A stretch of 64,000 nt of DNA from Sphyrna mokarran (GCA_024679065.1 JAGIQG010000001.1:108314001-108378000); one strand, 5' to 3'; positions 1 to 13,239 are shown, counted from the first letter of the stretch. Numbers and translations are program-made. The notes: generated from the sequence alone by a model not told the origin.

Positions 1-127
1 TCTGCTAAATATTTCCAGCATTGTCTATATTTTATTTCAGGTTTACATTATTTTGTTTCACATTATTTTGCTTCATGATTATGTCAATACACATTTTGGG
101 CAATTACTTCTTTTTGATTGGGCTTAC

Positions 128-286
128 CGTTATTAACCTGTCACCAGGTCTTAGTCTTCCATCACTTTTTGCAGGGTCCTGGATTATGTCATGTATGTAG
201 CAACCAACGTTAGCATCCCCTTTTGTGACAGTGAATCCCAGACTCCCCTTTTCTGATTTCTTCAAAGTAACATGCATTTCCACTTC
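128..286 (-). CDS. PTPN13: PTPN13 exon, first part of PDZ4
   Basis: ag|GAA GTG...ATA ACG|gtaag; 159 nt, phase 0-0; EVEMHVTLKKSEKGSLGFTVTKGDANVGCYIHDIIQDPAKSDGRLRPGDRLIT matches recalled PTPN13 PDZ4. Confidence 0.96.
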
Positions 287-560
287 CTATGGCAAAGAAA
301 ATTGCTGATTATTTTACAGCAAGCATCATTGACACAGGGATAAAAAAATCTGTGAATTATATAAAAGAATTCTCACTAGATCAACCTGCCTTGCACAATA
401 AAAAGGTCTGAAATTAAACAAGTAAGCAAATTTTAGGTGTAGTAAGTTTTCATTCTTTATTCAAACAACAAAATGGTAACTAAAAAATCAACCACAAATT
501 AATCCCTTCTAGTGATTAAATGTTTAGTGTTTATAATGCCAAAAAATTATTCATATTTAC

Positions 561-777
561 TGGCTGTAACTCGGCTTCTTCCTCAATTTCAATGTTCTTG
601 GTGTCCTGATACGGTGCTGGAGTGGTTATTCTATCTGATGAGACTGAAGATTCCATTTCTGATCTTGAACTGGAACTAATGAATTTCTCATCCACGGGTG
701 TGGGAGAAGGAACCTCAGGTTCAAGTCCGAAGCCTTGTTGTGGCTCAAAATCCAGAAGCATTGGTGAAGGTGGTGTT
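561..777 (-). CDS. PTPN13: PTPN13 exon, PDZ3-PDZ4 linker
   Basis: ag|A ACA CCA CCT...CAG CCA|gtaaat; 217 nt, phase 2-0 fits neighbours; overlaps ORF 531..761. Confidence 0.88.
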
Positions 778-1339
778 CTAAAGTATAAGTAGGATAATAA
801 AGACTTAAACAGGGTAAGTCTATATTAATAATCTAAAGCACAAATGAATTTTCTTCAATAAAAGGTACATTGTTCCATATCAGGATTTGTTTTTTTGAAT
901 TGCTTAGATTAAACTAATTTTTTATTTTGAAGTGACAAGTATGTAGAAATTCCTATCGCCAATCATTAAATACATTAGCATGAAATTCAACCTTCCAATT
1001 ATATAACTAAAGTATGAACTCATTAAGTGTTTATATCATCTGACTTCACATCCTTTCCAACACCAGATAATGCCCTTTATTGTTACTGCAGTAAAATAAT
1101 TGACAATTTCTACCCAATAAGTAACGAACTCATAAAAATAAAAATCAAAGAATAAAATTAGCCTCAGTGCTCCATGTCACCCTAGAGTTCTGTATGTTCC
1201 CTTCCACATATCAACTGCGCCCGGATTATGTGCATCTGCATGTTGGTGAATATAAATGCCCTGCTTCTTTTATCACCATCTTCTTTAATCACCTTCTATG
1301 TAGGCTTATTGTGGCACCACTGCCTTTTATTTGAGAGAA

Positions 1340-1620
1340 AAGGATTTTCCATTTACATAACACCTTCGACAATCCTTAGAATGCCCCAAAGTTCTCTAAT
1401 TAAGCATAATTCACAGCTTTCATTATGGTAATCTAAAAAAACACAGCAGCCAACTCATACAAAGACTCCTCAAATAGCAATGAGATAAGCTGATTCAGTG
1501 ATTATAGGTTGACTGGTATCAGTTGGCAAGGTCAGTGACAGAACTTTCTTATATTTCTTAAAATCCCACTGTACGGATGGCAGATGAGACCTTTGTTAAA
1601 GATCTCATTTGAAAAATTCT
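1340..1620 (-). mobile_element. Decayed DeuSINE-like element
   Basis: Resembles the better-preserved copy at 33560-33940; family assigned from memory. Confidence 0.5.
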
Positions 1621-1726
1621 TGAATTGGAAAGTTTTGGCTCAATCCCTGCACATATTCCAGGCTTAGACCCTGGTGAAGTAGAGAGGAAACGTTGCATTG
1701 CCGAAGCTGCCAACTTTTAGTTGCAA

Positions 1727-2049
1727 TGGCACAGTGGTTAGCACTGCTGCCTCACAGCTCCAAGGACTTGGGATCGATCCTGGCTTGGGTCATTGTCTGT
1801 TTGCACACTCTTTCCGTGCCTGCGCCGGTTTCCTCTGGATGCTCCGCTTTCCTTCCACAGTCCAAAGATACGTGGGTTAGATGCCTTGGCTGTGCTAAAT
1901 TGGCCCTAAGTCTCCTGGGATGAGTAAGTTAGACGGATTAGCGGGTAAATATGTGGGGTTATAGGGATAGGGCTAGGTAAGACTGTTGTCGGTGAAGACT
2001 TGATGGGCTGAATGGCCTCCTTCCACACTATAGAGTTTCTATGATTCTA
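1727..2049 (+). mobile_element. HE1-like V-SINE with CR1-type tail
   Basis: tRNA-like head TGGCACAGTGGTTAGCACTGCTGCCTCACAG, V-domain-like core, tail ending GTTTCTATGATTCTA. Confidence 0.85.
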
Positions 2050-2199
2050 GGTTTATTGTGGTGGATATAAACAATCTCAGTTATTAGAGATCTCTCAGTT
2101 CTCTGGTTTAATCTTCCTTCAGCAGAATCATTACCACCATCAAAAAATTATTTGATGATTCACCTCAATTAAGACATAGATTTGGCTGGTGAATTTACC

Positions 2200-2738
2200 C
2201 CCACTTGGAGTATTGCGTGCAGTTCTGGTCGCCTTACTATAGGAAGGATGTAGAGGCTATTGAGAGAGTGCAGAGGAGATTTACAAGGATGCTGCCTGGA
2301 TTGGGAGGCAGGCCTTATGAAGATAGGTTGAGGGAGCTGGGACTCGTCTCACTGGAGAGACGTAGGTTGAGAGGCGGCCTGATAGAGGTTTATAAAATGT
2401 TGAGAGGAATAGATAGGGTGGACTCTCAGAGACTATGTCCCCAAACTGAAATGGTCACTATGAGAGGACACAGATTTAAGGTGCAGGGAAGCAAATACAG
2501 AGTGGATGTTAGGGGTAAGTTTTTCACTTAGAGGGTGATGAGTGAATGGAATCAGCTGCCGTTGGAAGTGGTTGAGGCAAACTCACTGGGGTCTTTTAAA
2601 AGACTTCTGGATGAGTATATGGAAACAAATGGGATAGGGGGTTATAGATAGGTCTGTGGATTGGTAGATATAGATGTGATCGGAGCAACTCGTGGGCCGA
2701 AGGGCCTGTTTGTGCTGTATTGTCTATGTTCTATGTAC
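2200..2738 (+). mobile_element. CR1 LINE 3' fragment
   Basis: LEYCVQFWSPYYRKDVEAIERVQRRFTRMLPG (CR1 ORF2 C-terminus); TCTATG-repeat tail. Confidence 0.92.
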
Positions 2739-3394
2739 AATCACTCATGGAGAGAAAAGCAAAACTGTAAAACTGCAATTTGTACAGGTTAGGCTTGTTT
2801 TTAGTTTAAATGGAATGAGGCTGAAGAAAGAACAAAGTGGAATTGGTTTCACACTTAAATCATTAACAAACCAGGGCGCCTTCGTACAAATCAAAGATCC
2901 TACACAACACAGACAGACAGGATGAAGCAGATGGTTAAAGCCTTCTGCGGTGAAATTCAATGAGGGCACTCTCAAGTTCCTGTTTAGAGAGAAATGTCTG
3001 GAGATGATTGTTTATCCCTCTTCATGGAGGACTCTAAGTCTCTTGCTGAAATTATGACAAAGGATTAGATAAAGTTTCCAGACCCCTTTCCCTATATCAG
3101 GGCCGAGGATTCAATCCAAAACAAATTAAATGAAAAGCATTCATCACTATGCTGGTTGCAAAGTTATCAAGGGTATTAATTGTATGTAGGTCCAACCCTT
3201 ATAGGTGACGTGTCATAGCAAAAGCTCAAAAGAACTTGACAGAGCTTGCAATGCTACATAGAAAAGGTATGGGTGGTATGAGATGGCAAACTCAAACTGG
3301 TGCAACTCAATAATGGAGGAACCAGAAATCAGTGCAAAATTCAGCAAGGCTTAATTTGTAAACACTGTCTGCTAGAAATGCCAAGTGAATAATT

Positions 3395-3662
3395 CATCTT
3401 AGCTTCCTCCCAACATCTCCAGCATCACAGTTGCCAATTTTCAGCCAATTTGATTTACTACATGTGAAATAAAGAAACAGCTAAGGATCTGGAATATGCA
3501 GAAGCTATTGGGCCTGACAACATTCCAACAATAGTACTGAAGGCTTGTGCTCCAGAGTTAGCTGTGTGCATATCCAAGTTGCTTCAGGACAGCTACAATG
3601 CTGACATTTACCCAAGAGTGTGGAAAATTGTCTGGATAAGTCCTGAAGACAAGAAGCAGTCT
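3395..3662 (+). mobile_element. CR1/L2-group LINE, RT-proximal fragment (host of Rex1 insertion)
   Basis: GGGCCTGACAACATTCC (GPDNIP) motif; homologous to the minus-strand copy near 55800-56000. Confidence 0.7.
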
Positions 3663-3689
3663 CAGATTAACATGTATGACGTCACTACT

Positions 3690-5236
3690 GCCAACATCAA
3701 AGCAGCTTTTCAACCCTTGGAAAGTGACTGGCCTGGATGGGTACCCACACGAGCACTCAGATCCTGCATATATCAGCTGGCTGCGGTATTTACAGACATC
3801 TTCAATATCTATTTACAACAATCTGATCTCCCTATCTGCTTCAAGATGACAACTATCATTCCAGTACCAAAGAAAAGCCAACAGCATGCCTTAATGACTA
3901 TCATCTGGTGGCTCTCATATCCATCATCACGAAGTGCTTCGAAAGGTTCGTCATGTCATGAATCAACTCCAGCTTCCTGAGAGGCTGGAATTGATTCATG
4001 CCATGTTTCATGCATGCCTGCATCCACTACAGTTTGCCTACCATCAAAATAGATCCACAGGAGATGTATCTCCCTGGCCCTATACTCAATCGTGGAACAC
4101 CTGGATAATAAAGACACTTATGTCAGACTCCTATTTGTTGACTATGGCCCATCCTTCAACACTATTATTCCTACAAAACTCATTTCCAAACTCCGTGGCC
4201 TGGGCCTCAGCTCCTCCTTCTGCAACTGGATCCTGAACTTCCTAATCCACATTCTGTAAGGATAGGCAACAATACCTCCTCCATGACCATCCTCAACACT
4301 GGTGCCCACAAGGCTGCGTTCTCAACCCCTTAATATACTTCCTATACATCTATGATCGCATGGCCAAATTCCCTTCCAACTCAATATCCAAGTTTGCTGA
4401 CGATACCACTGTAGCAGGTCAAATCTCAAACAATGAGACAGAGTACAGGAATGAGACAGAAATCTAGTGAACTGGTGCAACAACAATAATCTCTACCTCA
4501 ATGTCAACAAAAAAAAAAAAAGAGATTGTCATAAACTCAGGAAGCATAGTGGAAAACATGCCCCTGTCTACATCTACATGGATGAAGTAGAAATGATCGA
4601 AAACTTCAAGCTTTGTGTCCAGATCACCAACATGTCCTGGTACCCCTGTGCTGACACTATAAATTAAGAAAGCCCGTCTACTTTTTCAAAAGACTAATGA
4701 AATTTGGCATGTCAGCTATGACTGTCACCAACTTTTACAGAAGCGCCACAGAAAGCATTCTTTCTGGTTGTATAACAGCTTGATATAGTTCCTGCGGTCT
4801 TGGGCAGAGCAAGAAACTATAAAATGTCATGAATATAGCCCAATCTATCTTGCAAAACAGCCTCCCATCCGTTGACTCTGTCTACACTTCCCACTGCCAT
4901 GGCAAAGCAGCCAGCATATTTAAGGACCCCACGCACACCGGACATTATCCCTTCCACCTTCTCCTGTTGGGAAAAAGGTACAAAAGTCTGAGATCACGTA
5001 CTAACTGACTCAAGAACAGCTTCTTTCCTGCTGCCATCAGACCTTTGAATGGACCTAGCTCGCCTTAAGTTGATCTTTCTCTACATCTTTCTCTGTCCTA
5101 GCTATGACTGTAACACTACATTCCGCATTCTCTTGTTTCCTTTTCTATGAAGATATGCTTTGTCCATATAGTGTGCAAGAAACAATACTTTTCATTGTAT
5201 ATTAATATATGTGACAACAATAAATCAGATCAAATT
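3690..5236 (+). mobile_element. Rex1/Babar-type LINE, decayed RT and 3' end
   Basis: LAAVFTDIFN..L.QS..P.CFK.TTIIPVPKK, LHPLQFAY, KFADDT at ~4390-4407, AATAAATCAGATCAAAT tail. Confidence 0.85.
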
Positions 5237-5239
5237 ATG

Positions 5240-6008
5240 CGTCAGTGACCACTGACAACATTCAAGCTTGGGTTGGTGAGTAGCAAGTAATAGCCAAGCC
5301 ACACTAGAGCCAGGCAATGCCCATCTGAAATGAGACAGATTCTAACTATTTCTCTCTGACATTCCATAACATCATCGTTGCCGAATTCCCCATCTTCAAC
5401 ACGAGTGTGGTTGCCATTGACCAGAATTTGAACTGTTTAAATTCTGTGGCTCCAAGAACACATCAAAGGCTAGGGATTCTCAGGAGACTAATTCACCTCC
5501 TCACACCCATAGCCTGTCCACTATCCACATGCCACAAATCAAGACAGTTTGCTGGATATTCTCTGCTGGTTTGGGTAGTTGCAATTCCAACAATACTCAA
5601 GAAGTTCAACATTATCCAGGACAAAGAAGACAACTTGATTACCCATCCACCATCTTTAAATATTCACTCCCTCCACCACTGCACAAAGTGATAGCACTGT
5701 GTACCAAACAGATTCACTACAACAATATGCCACATTCCTATCAATAGTATCTTCCAAAATCAATAGACTATACCATCTAGATGGATCAAGCCACACATCA
5801 TGCTGATTTGGACCAACATCACCATTCCTTCATTGCCACTGGGCTAAAAAACACAGAACACACTTCCTAACAGTACTGTAGATGTACCTACACTTAATGG
5901 GCTGCAGCAGTTAAAGAAGATGGCTCCTTATCACCTTCTCAGGGGCAATTTGGATCGACAATAAATATTGGTCTTGTCAGCGAATCACACCCAATGAAAG
6001 AAACAAAG
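5240..6008 (+). mobile_element. CR1/L2-group LINE 3' end (continuation of 3395-3662)
   Basis: QRLGILRR..HLL, LNIHSLHH motifs; tail GCAGCAGTTAAAGAAG...CAATAAAT...; same tail at 17440-17520 and 23750-23870. Confidence 0.75.
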
Positions 6009-6009
6009 A

Positions 6010-6280
6010 ATCATTGCCCAATTTTGGCTTTTTAAGTATCCCTGATTTTAAGAGCTCCACCATTGGAGACCCTAAGTTTGAGTATTGCCTATCTCAACTC
6101 CTTCCTATTTCTCTCTCTTTCTTTAGGGCACACCTTAAAAATTAACTTTTTGACCAATTACTTGGTTATCTATCCTAATATCTGAGAGATTTGGCTATGA
6201 ATTTTTCTTTGATCATGTTCTTGTGAAATGTATGAGGGGTTTTTGCCACATTAAATGTGTTACATAAATTGAAGTTGTTA
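6010..6280 (+). mobile_element. L2-like LINE 3' end
   Basis: CCTTAAAA...TTTGACCAA...CTATCCTAATATCT...ATAAATTGAAGTTGTT, complementary to segments near 11950 and 60500. Confidence 0.5.
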
Positions 6281-6434
6281 TATCTGTTCATGCATGGAAT
6301 TTTAATCTTTATATCGCAGAAATGTTAAACTTCTGATGTTTTTTATTTGATCATATACACTGATCATTTAAAACATGAAAAAGAGAGAATGATTGGGAGA
6401 GGATAAATAGTGAATTCAATGTTAATAAACAAAC

Positions 6435-6820
6435 CTGTTCATTAGCTCATGTTTAGAAGAATTTTGTGGAGAAAAGTAAATATTTTGGATGGTTTCTTCC
6501 TCACTGCATGGTCTTTCATACTGGTTGCCAGAGAAAGATATTGAACCTCCAAATAATTGGCAAACGGCGATTGCTTTGTTGTGACTCGCATCATCTTTCA
6601 ATCTGGAATGCTTATCAACATCACCACAATTTGAGCTATCACTATAGCTATCCCTTCGAGAAGGAGACTTCAATCTTGGATTTTGAAATTCACTTTCAAC
6701 TTCCACATCATCTTCATCCACAGTGCTGTTATTCAAGTTTCCAGGTATCAGTGAGCTGTCCAAGCACTGTTGTTGTAATTTAGATCCATATTTATTTTTG
6801 GTCTGGGAATCATCTACACT
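6435..6820 (-). CDS. PTPN13: PTPN13 exon, PDZ3-PDZ4 linker
   Basis: ag|AGT GTA...AAC AG|gtttg; 386 nt, phase 0-2; contains KSPSRRDSYSDSS as in mammalian PTPN13. Confidence 0.92.
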
Positions 6821-7188
6821 CTGTAAGAAGCACAGACTGCCCTTTAGTCAAATAACACAGATACACTTTTAAAAGCATTTTCTCAACTTTTGCACAATAT
6901 GTATTACACAATTTTGTATTTAAGGGATTGCATTCTCTTGATAATTTTTGCCATCAACATGATTATATTTAAGGCACATTTACTGCAGAAAATTCTCTTC
7001 TTAAAATTTCAAATGCTTCATGAATACAATTGTAGAGAAAGCTACTTAACTACAAGCATTAGATCTTTCCAGTCTGCTGATGAAGCAAAAACAAAATAAT
7101 GTGGATGCTCGAAATTTGGAATATAAATTTTAAAAAATGTTGGAATTATTCAGTAGGTCAGGCAACATCTGTGGAGAGACAGAGTGAA

Positions 7189-7977
7189 TGGCCCAAATCT
7201 TCTGGTCTCCGGAGCCCAGACGATCAATGGAAGATACTGTCATCCTCCTGCAGGACTTGTACAGAAATTGGCCAGGAAGTCTAAACTTTTGATGGGCAAT
7301 TCCTCTGCTGCCTGGGAACTTGTGAGCAAGTCTTTAAGCTAGAGTTGAAGGCTTCGGCAGATCCAGAAAACTTATCTTGATAGTTACCAGGAAATGTTAG
7401 AGTTAAATACGTGGACAATGACACCCAAATCACCTCCTCAAATACCTGACCAGATCCTATGATATGCCCAGATGATACTAACCTACCCACTCCTGATATG
7501 AACCTAATTACAATATGCCAAGCTCCCACCTATCTTCCCCCAATCTGACTCAACGATCTACTCTACCTGACTACCAAACCAAGAATCCTCTCACTAGACT
7601 CAACTATTCCTCCTGATGTGACATGACCAGCCCCATCCTGACCCAACCACCTTCTGATCTAATTACACTCTGACCCGAACGGACTAGCTCCAACCCAACC
7701 TGCCACTCAACTACCCATTCATCTCCTACCTATCGTTCACTAACATTCATTAAAGCACTGAACTTTACAGAATACAGCTGGCAGTGGTGTTAAATGGGGT
7801 TCATCCTCTGTTCCCATGACTCTACAACAGCCCGATGCAATTCTGCAGCAGATGCTACGCTACATGTTTTGGGGACTGGACAATCTCAAAAGAAATGTGC
7901 AGTAGTGTCAGGTTGGGAAAATCTTCACACCCAGTTTCAACATACGCAGATTTGCCCTTGCTTGGATGATCCAGGAC
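7189..7977. mobile_element. Non-coding repeat with C-rich interior, weak terminal inverted repeats
   Basis: Shares an AGTTAC(C)CAGGAA-like motif and ACC-rich interior with 21625-22705 and 45115-45530. Confidence 0.55.
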
Positions 7978-8023
7978 ATTATTTCAGATTAAACTGATTT
8001 TTTATCAGATCACATTAGACTTT

Positions 8024-8207
8024 AAGCATGGCCAATCAACCTAACCCTCACATCTTTGGACTATAGAAGGAAACCAGAGCACCCAGAGGAAACCCACACA
8101 GCCACGAGGAGAATGTGCAAACTCCACAGAGTGACCTAAGCTGGGAACTGAACCCAGATCCCTGGAGCTGTGAAGCAGCAGTGCTAACCACTGTGCTACC
8201 ATGCCAC
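8024..8207 (-). mobile_element. HE1-like V-SINE, partial
   Basis: Reverse complement of the head and V-domain seen at 1727. Confidence 0.85.
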
Positions 8208-8211
8208 TTGA

Positions 8212-8310
8212 GCTTTGACAAAGGGTCAACTGACCTCGAAACATCAATTCTTTTCTTTCCTTACAGATGCTGCCAGACCTGTTGAAATTTTTCAGCTTTT
8301 CTCTCTTAGT
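8212..8310 (+). mobile_element. Penelope-like terminal fragment with decayed hammerhead motif
   Basis: TTGACAA-AG-GGTC-AACT-GACC-TC-GAAA then CAGATGCTGCCAGACCTG; related pieces at 1-45, 7085-7185 and 33105-33240. Confidence 0.65.
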
Positions 8311-8989
8311 TTTACATTAGACCCAGTTTACTTACAGCCAAGTTATCAGGCAGCAAAAGGGAGACTGAAGTGGTTTGAAGAAGGTACATACCTTTTACAG
8401 CACTCCTCGTAGATCAAGAGGAGCAGAATTGATCCCTCCAGGCAAACCTTTGGCCTCTCCCTTCGTCAACTGTTGCTCCCCTCTTTCTACTGTCATGGTT
8501 GTCAATTGCCATTTTATTTCCCTTTTTCCCCCACCCCCATCAGCCCCAATCCCTCATGCTCTCTCCCTCCCAATTGCAGCTACCAAGGTCTTCCCTACCA
8601 AGGTCCAATTGCTTACTCCCTCCCTCAACTACCAGGGACCAACCCTACAAGGATCCTTGGCTGCGACCTCCAACTCAGCAGCATAGCAACTGTTGGATGA
8701 GAAATTAAACAGTAAAAGAATAATTACCCTTAAATCTGATAAAACACTCTGCCTTGCTGGATTTTGTTCATGCTACAGCACACTCATCCTAATTCCCTGT
8801 AAACATCAGGGTCTAGGAACACATGTATTCATGAAGATAACTGATTGCATGCCAAAACTTAATACAGAAACAGTGCTGGCTGCTGCTGGTTTGTCTGGAA
8901 CTCCAATTTCTCCTCAGAAATTTGCATTGAAAAATATACTGCAGTTGCTGGATGTTGGAAATTTTAATACTCAGCCAGCCTGGTGAGGA

Positions 8990-9264
8990 CAGCAGTAACA
9001 CAATGGTTAGTACTGCTGCCTCACAGCGCTAGGGACCCAGTTCAATTCCTGGCTTGGTTCACTGTCCATGCAGAGTCTGCACCTTTACCCTGTGTCTGCG
9101 TGAGTTTCTTCCAAGTGCTGCAATTTCCTCCCAGAGGCTGAAAGATGTGCTGGTTAGGTGCATTGACCCGAACAGGCGAAGGAGTGTGGTGACGAGGGGA
9201 ATTTCACAGTAACTTCATTGCACTGTTAATATAAGCCTTATTTGTGACTAATAAAGAAACTTTA
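8990..9264 (+). mobile_element. V-SINE with non-CR1 tail
   Basis: Same head and core as 1727 but tail CACAGTAACTTCATTGCA...AATAAAGAAACTTT. Confidence 0.8.
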
Positions 9265-10260
9265 AAGCATCTGTGGAGAGAGAAACTAGAGTTCACACTT
9301 TGGATTAATGGCCTTATGTTGAAACTGGGAAAAGTTAAGGATTTGATGGGATTTAAGGAAGTGAATGGGAAAAGATTAGAAAAAGAACAAACAGGAAACC
9401 CTTGTGATAGAATGAAAGGCAGGAGAGATTAAATATTTAAAGGAGTTAGGTGGTGCAAGATCAAAGGGGGTAATAATGCCATGATAACAGAAACAAAGGA
9501 TACATATCTAAAGAAGGTGTGAATTGCAAAATAATGAACAGATATTACACAAAAGCAAAAAATTGAGTAAAACTAAAGTAAAACCAAACCAAAGAGCCAA
9601 AATGAGGGCAAGGTAATTAATTGAAATTGTTGAATGCAATATTAAGACTAGAAGGTTGTAAAACACTCAATCAAGAGATGTTCCTTAAGTTCCACTGGAA
9701 CAGTAGTTCAGAAAGTTGCATCTTATGCGCTTACATGGAAAGATGCTGTGGGAATGGGAGAGGATATGTTGCGGGTAATTGAGAAGTGGATCAGAGGGTT
9801 GGATAGGGAATGGACTCTGTGGAATGCTGCAAGAGAAGGGGTAGGTAGATGCGTTTGCAAGTGACATTAAGTTGGACATGGTGGGATGAAGAATGATCCA
9901 CTGCATAAGGAAGCTGGTGGGTGGGAGGTGAGGACAAGAGAAACTCTATTGTAATTCTGGTAGGTGGGCAGAGTGAGAGAAGAGAAGTGAGAGCATTTGT
10001 ATAGAAATGGGACAGTCATGGCTGAGCACTCTACCAAACATTCTGGGGAGAAAGATTTGATTGAGAGAAAATGGAATGGAAGGGTGCATCATCATTGATG
10101 GAAGCAAGAGAAACTGGAGGATAAAATGAAGTCCTTACAGGAATCAGAGTATCAGGGTCTAGTGGAGGTAGCTACGGGAGTCATTGAGTTGATAATGCAT
10201 ATTAATTGAAGCCTATTCCCAGAGTTAGATACAGAGAAGTTGAGGTAGGGAAGTTGCATT
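9265..10260 (-). mobile_element. Penelope-like element remnant
   Basis: 9625-9720 resembles the reverse complement of the endonuclease-end segment at 11100-11230; terminal GCATCTGTGGAGAGAGAAAC. Confidence 0.6.
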
Positions 10261-11029
10261 CAAGTTGGACTGACTGAATTGGGTATTGTTTCAGTCTATT
10301 CCTGCTTTTCATGCCCTTTTGTCTTTTCCCCATTTTTCTTCCTTTCTAATTCTGATGATTTTCATTACTTTGTTAATTTCTAACCTTTAACAAAAAAAGA
10401 AAAAAATATTCTATTTTAATTGAACATTGTGTGGTACTGCTGAGGCGAGCACTGTCATGCCAAAAGCCTAGGCAAGCAAAACAGTTCATTAAAATGGAAT
10501 CCTATCTCAAGCACAACCTGAATATCATTGTTTCAATGAATTGCATGTTGGAGCAATGAAAAGCTGATGTTCAGCAGTGAAGCACAATGTTCACAAAGCA
10601 AGTACAATTCCATGTTTAGCACAAGGCTTCCAAATAAAACTTAGCAAGACTATTATTCCTCATTAAACTGAATGTAATCCCTTTGAAATTGCCATATAAA
10701 TGAAGCACAAACCACTTGTGAACTGTAAAGCCTTTTGAACTGCTCTGTGGTTAGCAATGAGTCAGTACTACAAAGAAACTATGAAGCATGCAGAAACATG
10801 CGCTGGACTTTCTAAATTGGGTTTTTTCATTAGGCTGAAAAGATTTGAATGGTATATCCTTTTTAAAAGATAGTTTAAAGTAATAAATGCTAATGGGTCT
10901 GATAGCAAAATTATTTTTTTCCAGGCACAAGCAAAGTTGTGAAATCAATATACTGTTTGTTGTATATATTCTACGCTGATCTCCAAAAGGAATCAAAGTC
11001 TAATAAGTTACTTAATTTTAACTATTAAA

Positions 11030-11680
11030 TAAGCATGAAAGCTTGACCCCAACCTTCCAGTTGTTTTGCATTACAACTTAACATCTTGTTTCCACACCAC
11101 ATATCCATCCTTGGCCTGCTGCAATGCTCCAGTGATACCCAACACAAACTGAAAGAACAACACCTCATCTTACAATTAGGCACATTACAGCCTCCTGGAA
11201 TCAACGCTAAGTTCAACAACTTAAGAGTGTGACTTTTCCACTCCATCTCGATCCCCTCCTTTTGTAGTTATGTTGTTTGTTGGGTCAGTTCCCTCAGTCT
11301 GACTCAACATAAGTCCACCTATCCTCCACATTGCCACATGTCCCTTCTTCAGTTTTGCTCCCATTAACATATCCTTTCATCTTATCTTTTGGCAGATATC
11401 ATCCCTTAATGACACCACTAACAATTCCTTTTGCCTTATGTGCATGATACCTTTGCCAATCTGTCCTTTGCCCTGATTTATGTCTATCCTTCTATTCTGC
11501 CTCCATTACCTCTCCTGCTATATAATTTCTTACATTTCTACCTTTCTTCAATTTTGTAGAAGGGTCCTTTGGACTCAAAATGTTAACTCTGCTTTTCTCC
11601 TCAGATCCTGTCAGCGTTTATCTAGCATTTTCTATTTTACTTCAGTTTTCCAGTATCCACAGTATTTTGCTTTTACCTCA
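11030..11680 (+). mobile_element. Penelope-like element 3' end (GIY-YIG endonuclease C-terminus plus terminal repeat)
   Basis: 11101-11232 reads ISILGLLQCSSDTQHKLKEQHLILQLGTLQPPGINAKFNNLRV*; decayed hammerhead at 11554-11587. Confidence 0.8.
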
Positions 11681-11939
11681 ACGTGAAAGTTGAAACGTAT
11701 TTATAAGGTCCAAATATTTAAAGCTTACACAGGATTGCAATATTGAGACACTGCTTGCCACGGTTGCAGTCCCCCATAAATGGTTCAGATTGAAGAATCA
11801 TTGGGGAAATTGAAGTCTGAGGGAGATTGGGAGTTAGGGTCAGCTCCTTCAATTGGGGTTGGGGGGCACTGTGTGAAGGAACACCTTCATGCTCATACAG
11901 AAAATCTTCCCAAGGTGCATCACTGAAGCTTAAATCAGT

Positions 11940-12340
11940 CAAAAATGGATGTTGAGCCAAAGGAGATATTAGGAAGTTTCGCTTAAAATTTATGCTTTAA
12001 GGCAGGCCTTAAAGGAAGCAAACCACACAAATTTAGGGAGGGAACTCTAGAGTTGGGACCTAGACAGCCGAAGCACAGACACAAATGGTGAGACAAAGGC
12101 TGGAGGCGTACAAGAAGTCAGAGACAAAGGAATGCCAAGTTTTTAGGTCATTGTGCGGTGAGAGTCAGGGTTGTAGAGTTTGGAGCTTACATTATAAGAA
12201 GAGGAGAAGCCAAAAATCAATTTAATTTTGAATTTGAAATGCAAATGAAGCAATGAAAATCAATGAGAATAGGAATGGTAGTGAGCAGGACTGTATACTG
12301 AATAGGATCTGGGCAGTAGAGCTCTGGATGATCAATTCTC
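11940..12340 (-). mobile_element. L2-like LINE fragment
   Basis: GGAGATATTAGG...CCTTAAAGGA...TTTAGGGAGGGAACTCTAGAG pattern shared with 60500-61260. Confidence 0.5.
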
Positions 12341-12377
12341 CACTTGACAATCATGAAGCTCTAACAGTGGAACTCAC

Positions 12378-12473
12378 CAAAGGTGAATCAATATCTGGTG
12401 ACACACCAGATTCAGACCTGCAAAGTAATAGAGTGACCTCTTGAGATGTCCGTCTGAGAACAGATACAATTTC
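12378..12473 (-). CDS. PTPN13: PTPN13 exon, end of PDZ3
   Basis: cag|GAA ATT...CCT TTG|gtgag; 96 nt; EIVSVLRRTSQEVTLLLCRSESGVSPDIDSPL. Confidence 0.93.
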
Positions 12474-13239
12474 CTGCAGAAAGAGGAAAACATTAAAATC
12501 AATAGGACCAAATTTATGATCATCAAGATGAGAAATGTTAATGTTCCATTATCCTGCCATAATAATACAAGTTAGCTTCAAGAGTACCTTGAACAGGTTG
12601 TATTCTACAGAGTATATGTTTTCCAGCTAAATCAATTTCTCCAAGATCTCTTGGATCTAATTAGCAACTAAGTGACAGAGACTTTCATCCCAATGGAAAA
12701 GAATAGTATCACAAACCCTCTTAAGCTTAAACCTTCAAATTAGACCATGTTTTAAGCTTCCCCCAGCTTTACATGGATTTCTTCTTGCCCTCTCGCAATT
12801 ATTCCAGAGATTAGGAACTTACTGGATCTGACCACATAAAATGACACAATGCCTGTGCTACTAATAATCTTGGATCAGACACACAAGTACAAACATAACA
12901 TGCACGTTAAGTCTTCAATATAAGCATTTATACACTCCAGAACTCGATATAGAAGTTATGGGCCTACTCTTAGAAAAATTAGATGCATTTCTAATCATCA
13001 GAATCCAGTCATTATACTGCAGTCATTCATTTTCTCCCATGAATCGTATTTTCTTTTAAAAGAACAGAGAATGACATTACTACAATACACAACTAAAAAC
13101 TGATCAATTATAACTTGTTTCATCTTAGAGATATACATTTCCTGTTTAGATTACCAATCAATATTTGAAGGGAATTTTTTTTAAAAAAAGCTACTTTTGC
13201 TATCTTTGAACCAGGGACACTGTTAAAATAGAGGTTCTA

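Noticed and set aside
1727-1800. tRNA genes (also 8990, 33241, 37171)
   Set aside because: The A/B-box heads run straight into SINE bodies, and no full cloverleaf is evident.
3564-4667. Functional reverse transcriptase gene
   Set aside because: Multiple frameshifts and stops across several short ORFs; a decayed Rex1-type copy.
8386-8470. Extra PTPN13 exon ending at the strong donor AAG|gtatgt (~8391)
   Set aside because: No pyrimidine-rich acceptor upstream, no PTPN13-like translation, and exons 12378-12473 and 6435-6820 already join in frame.
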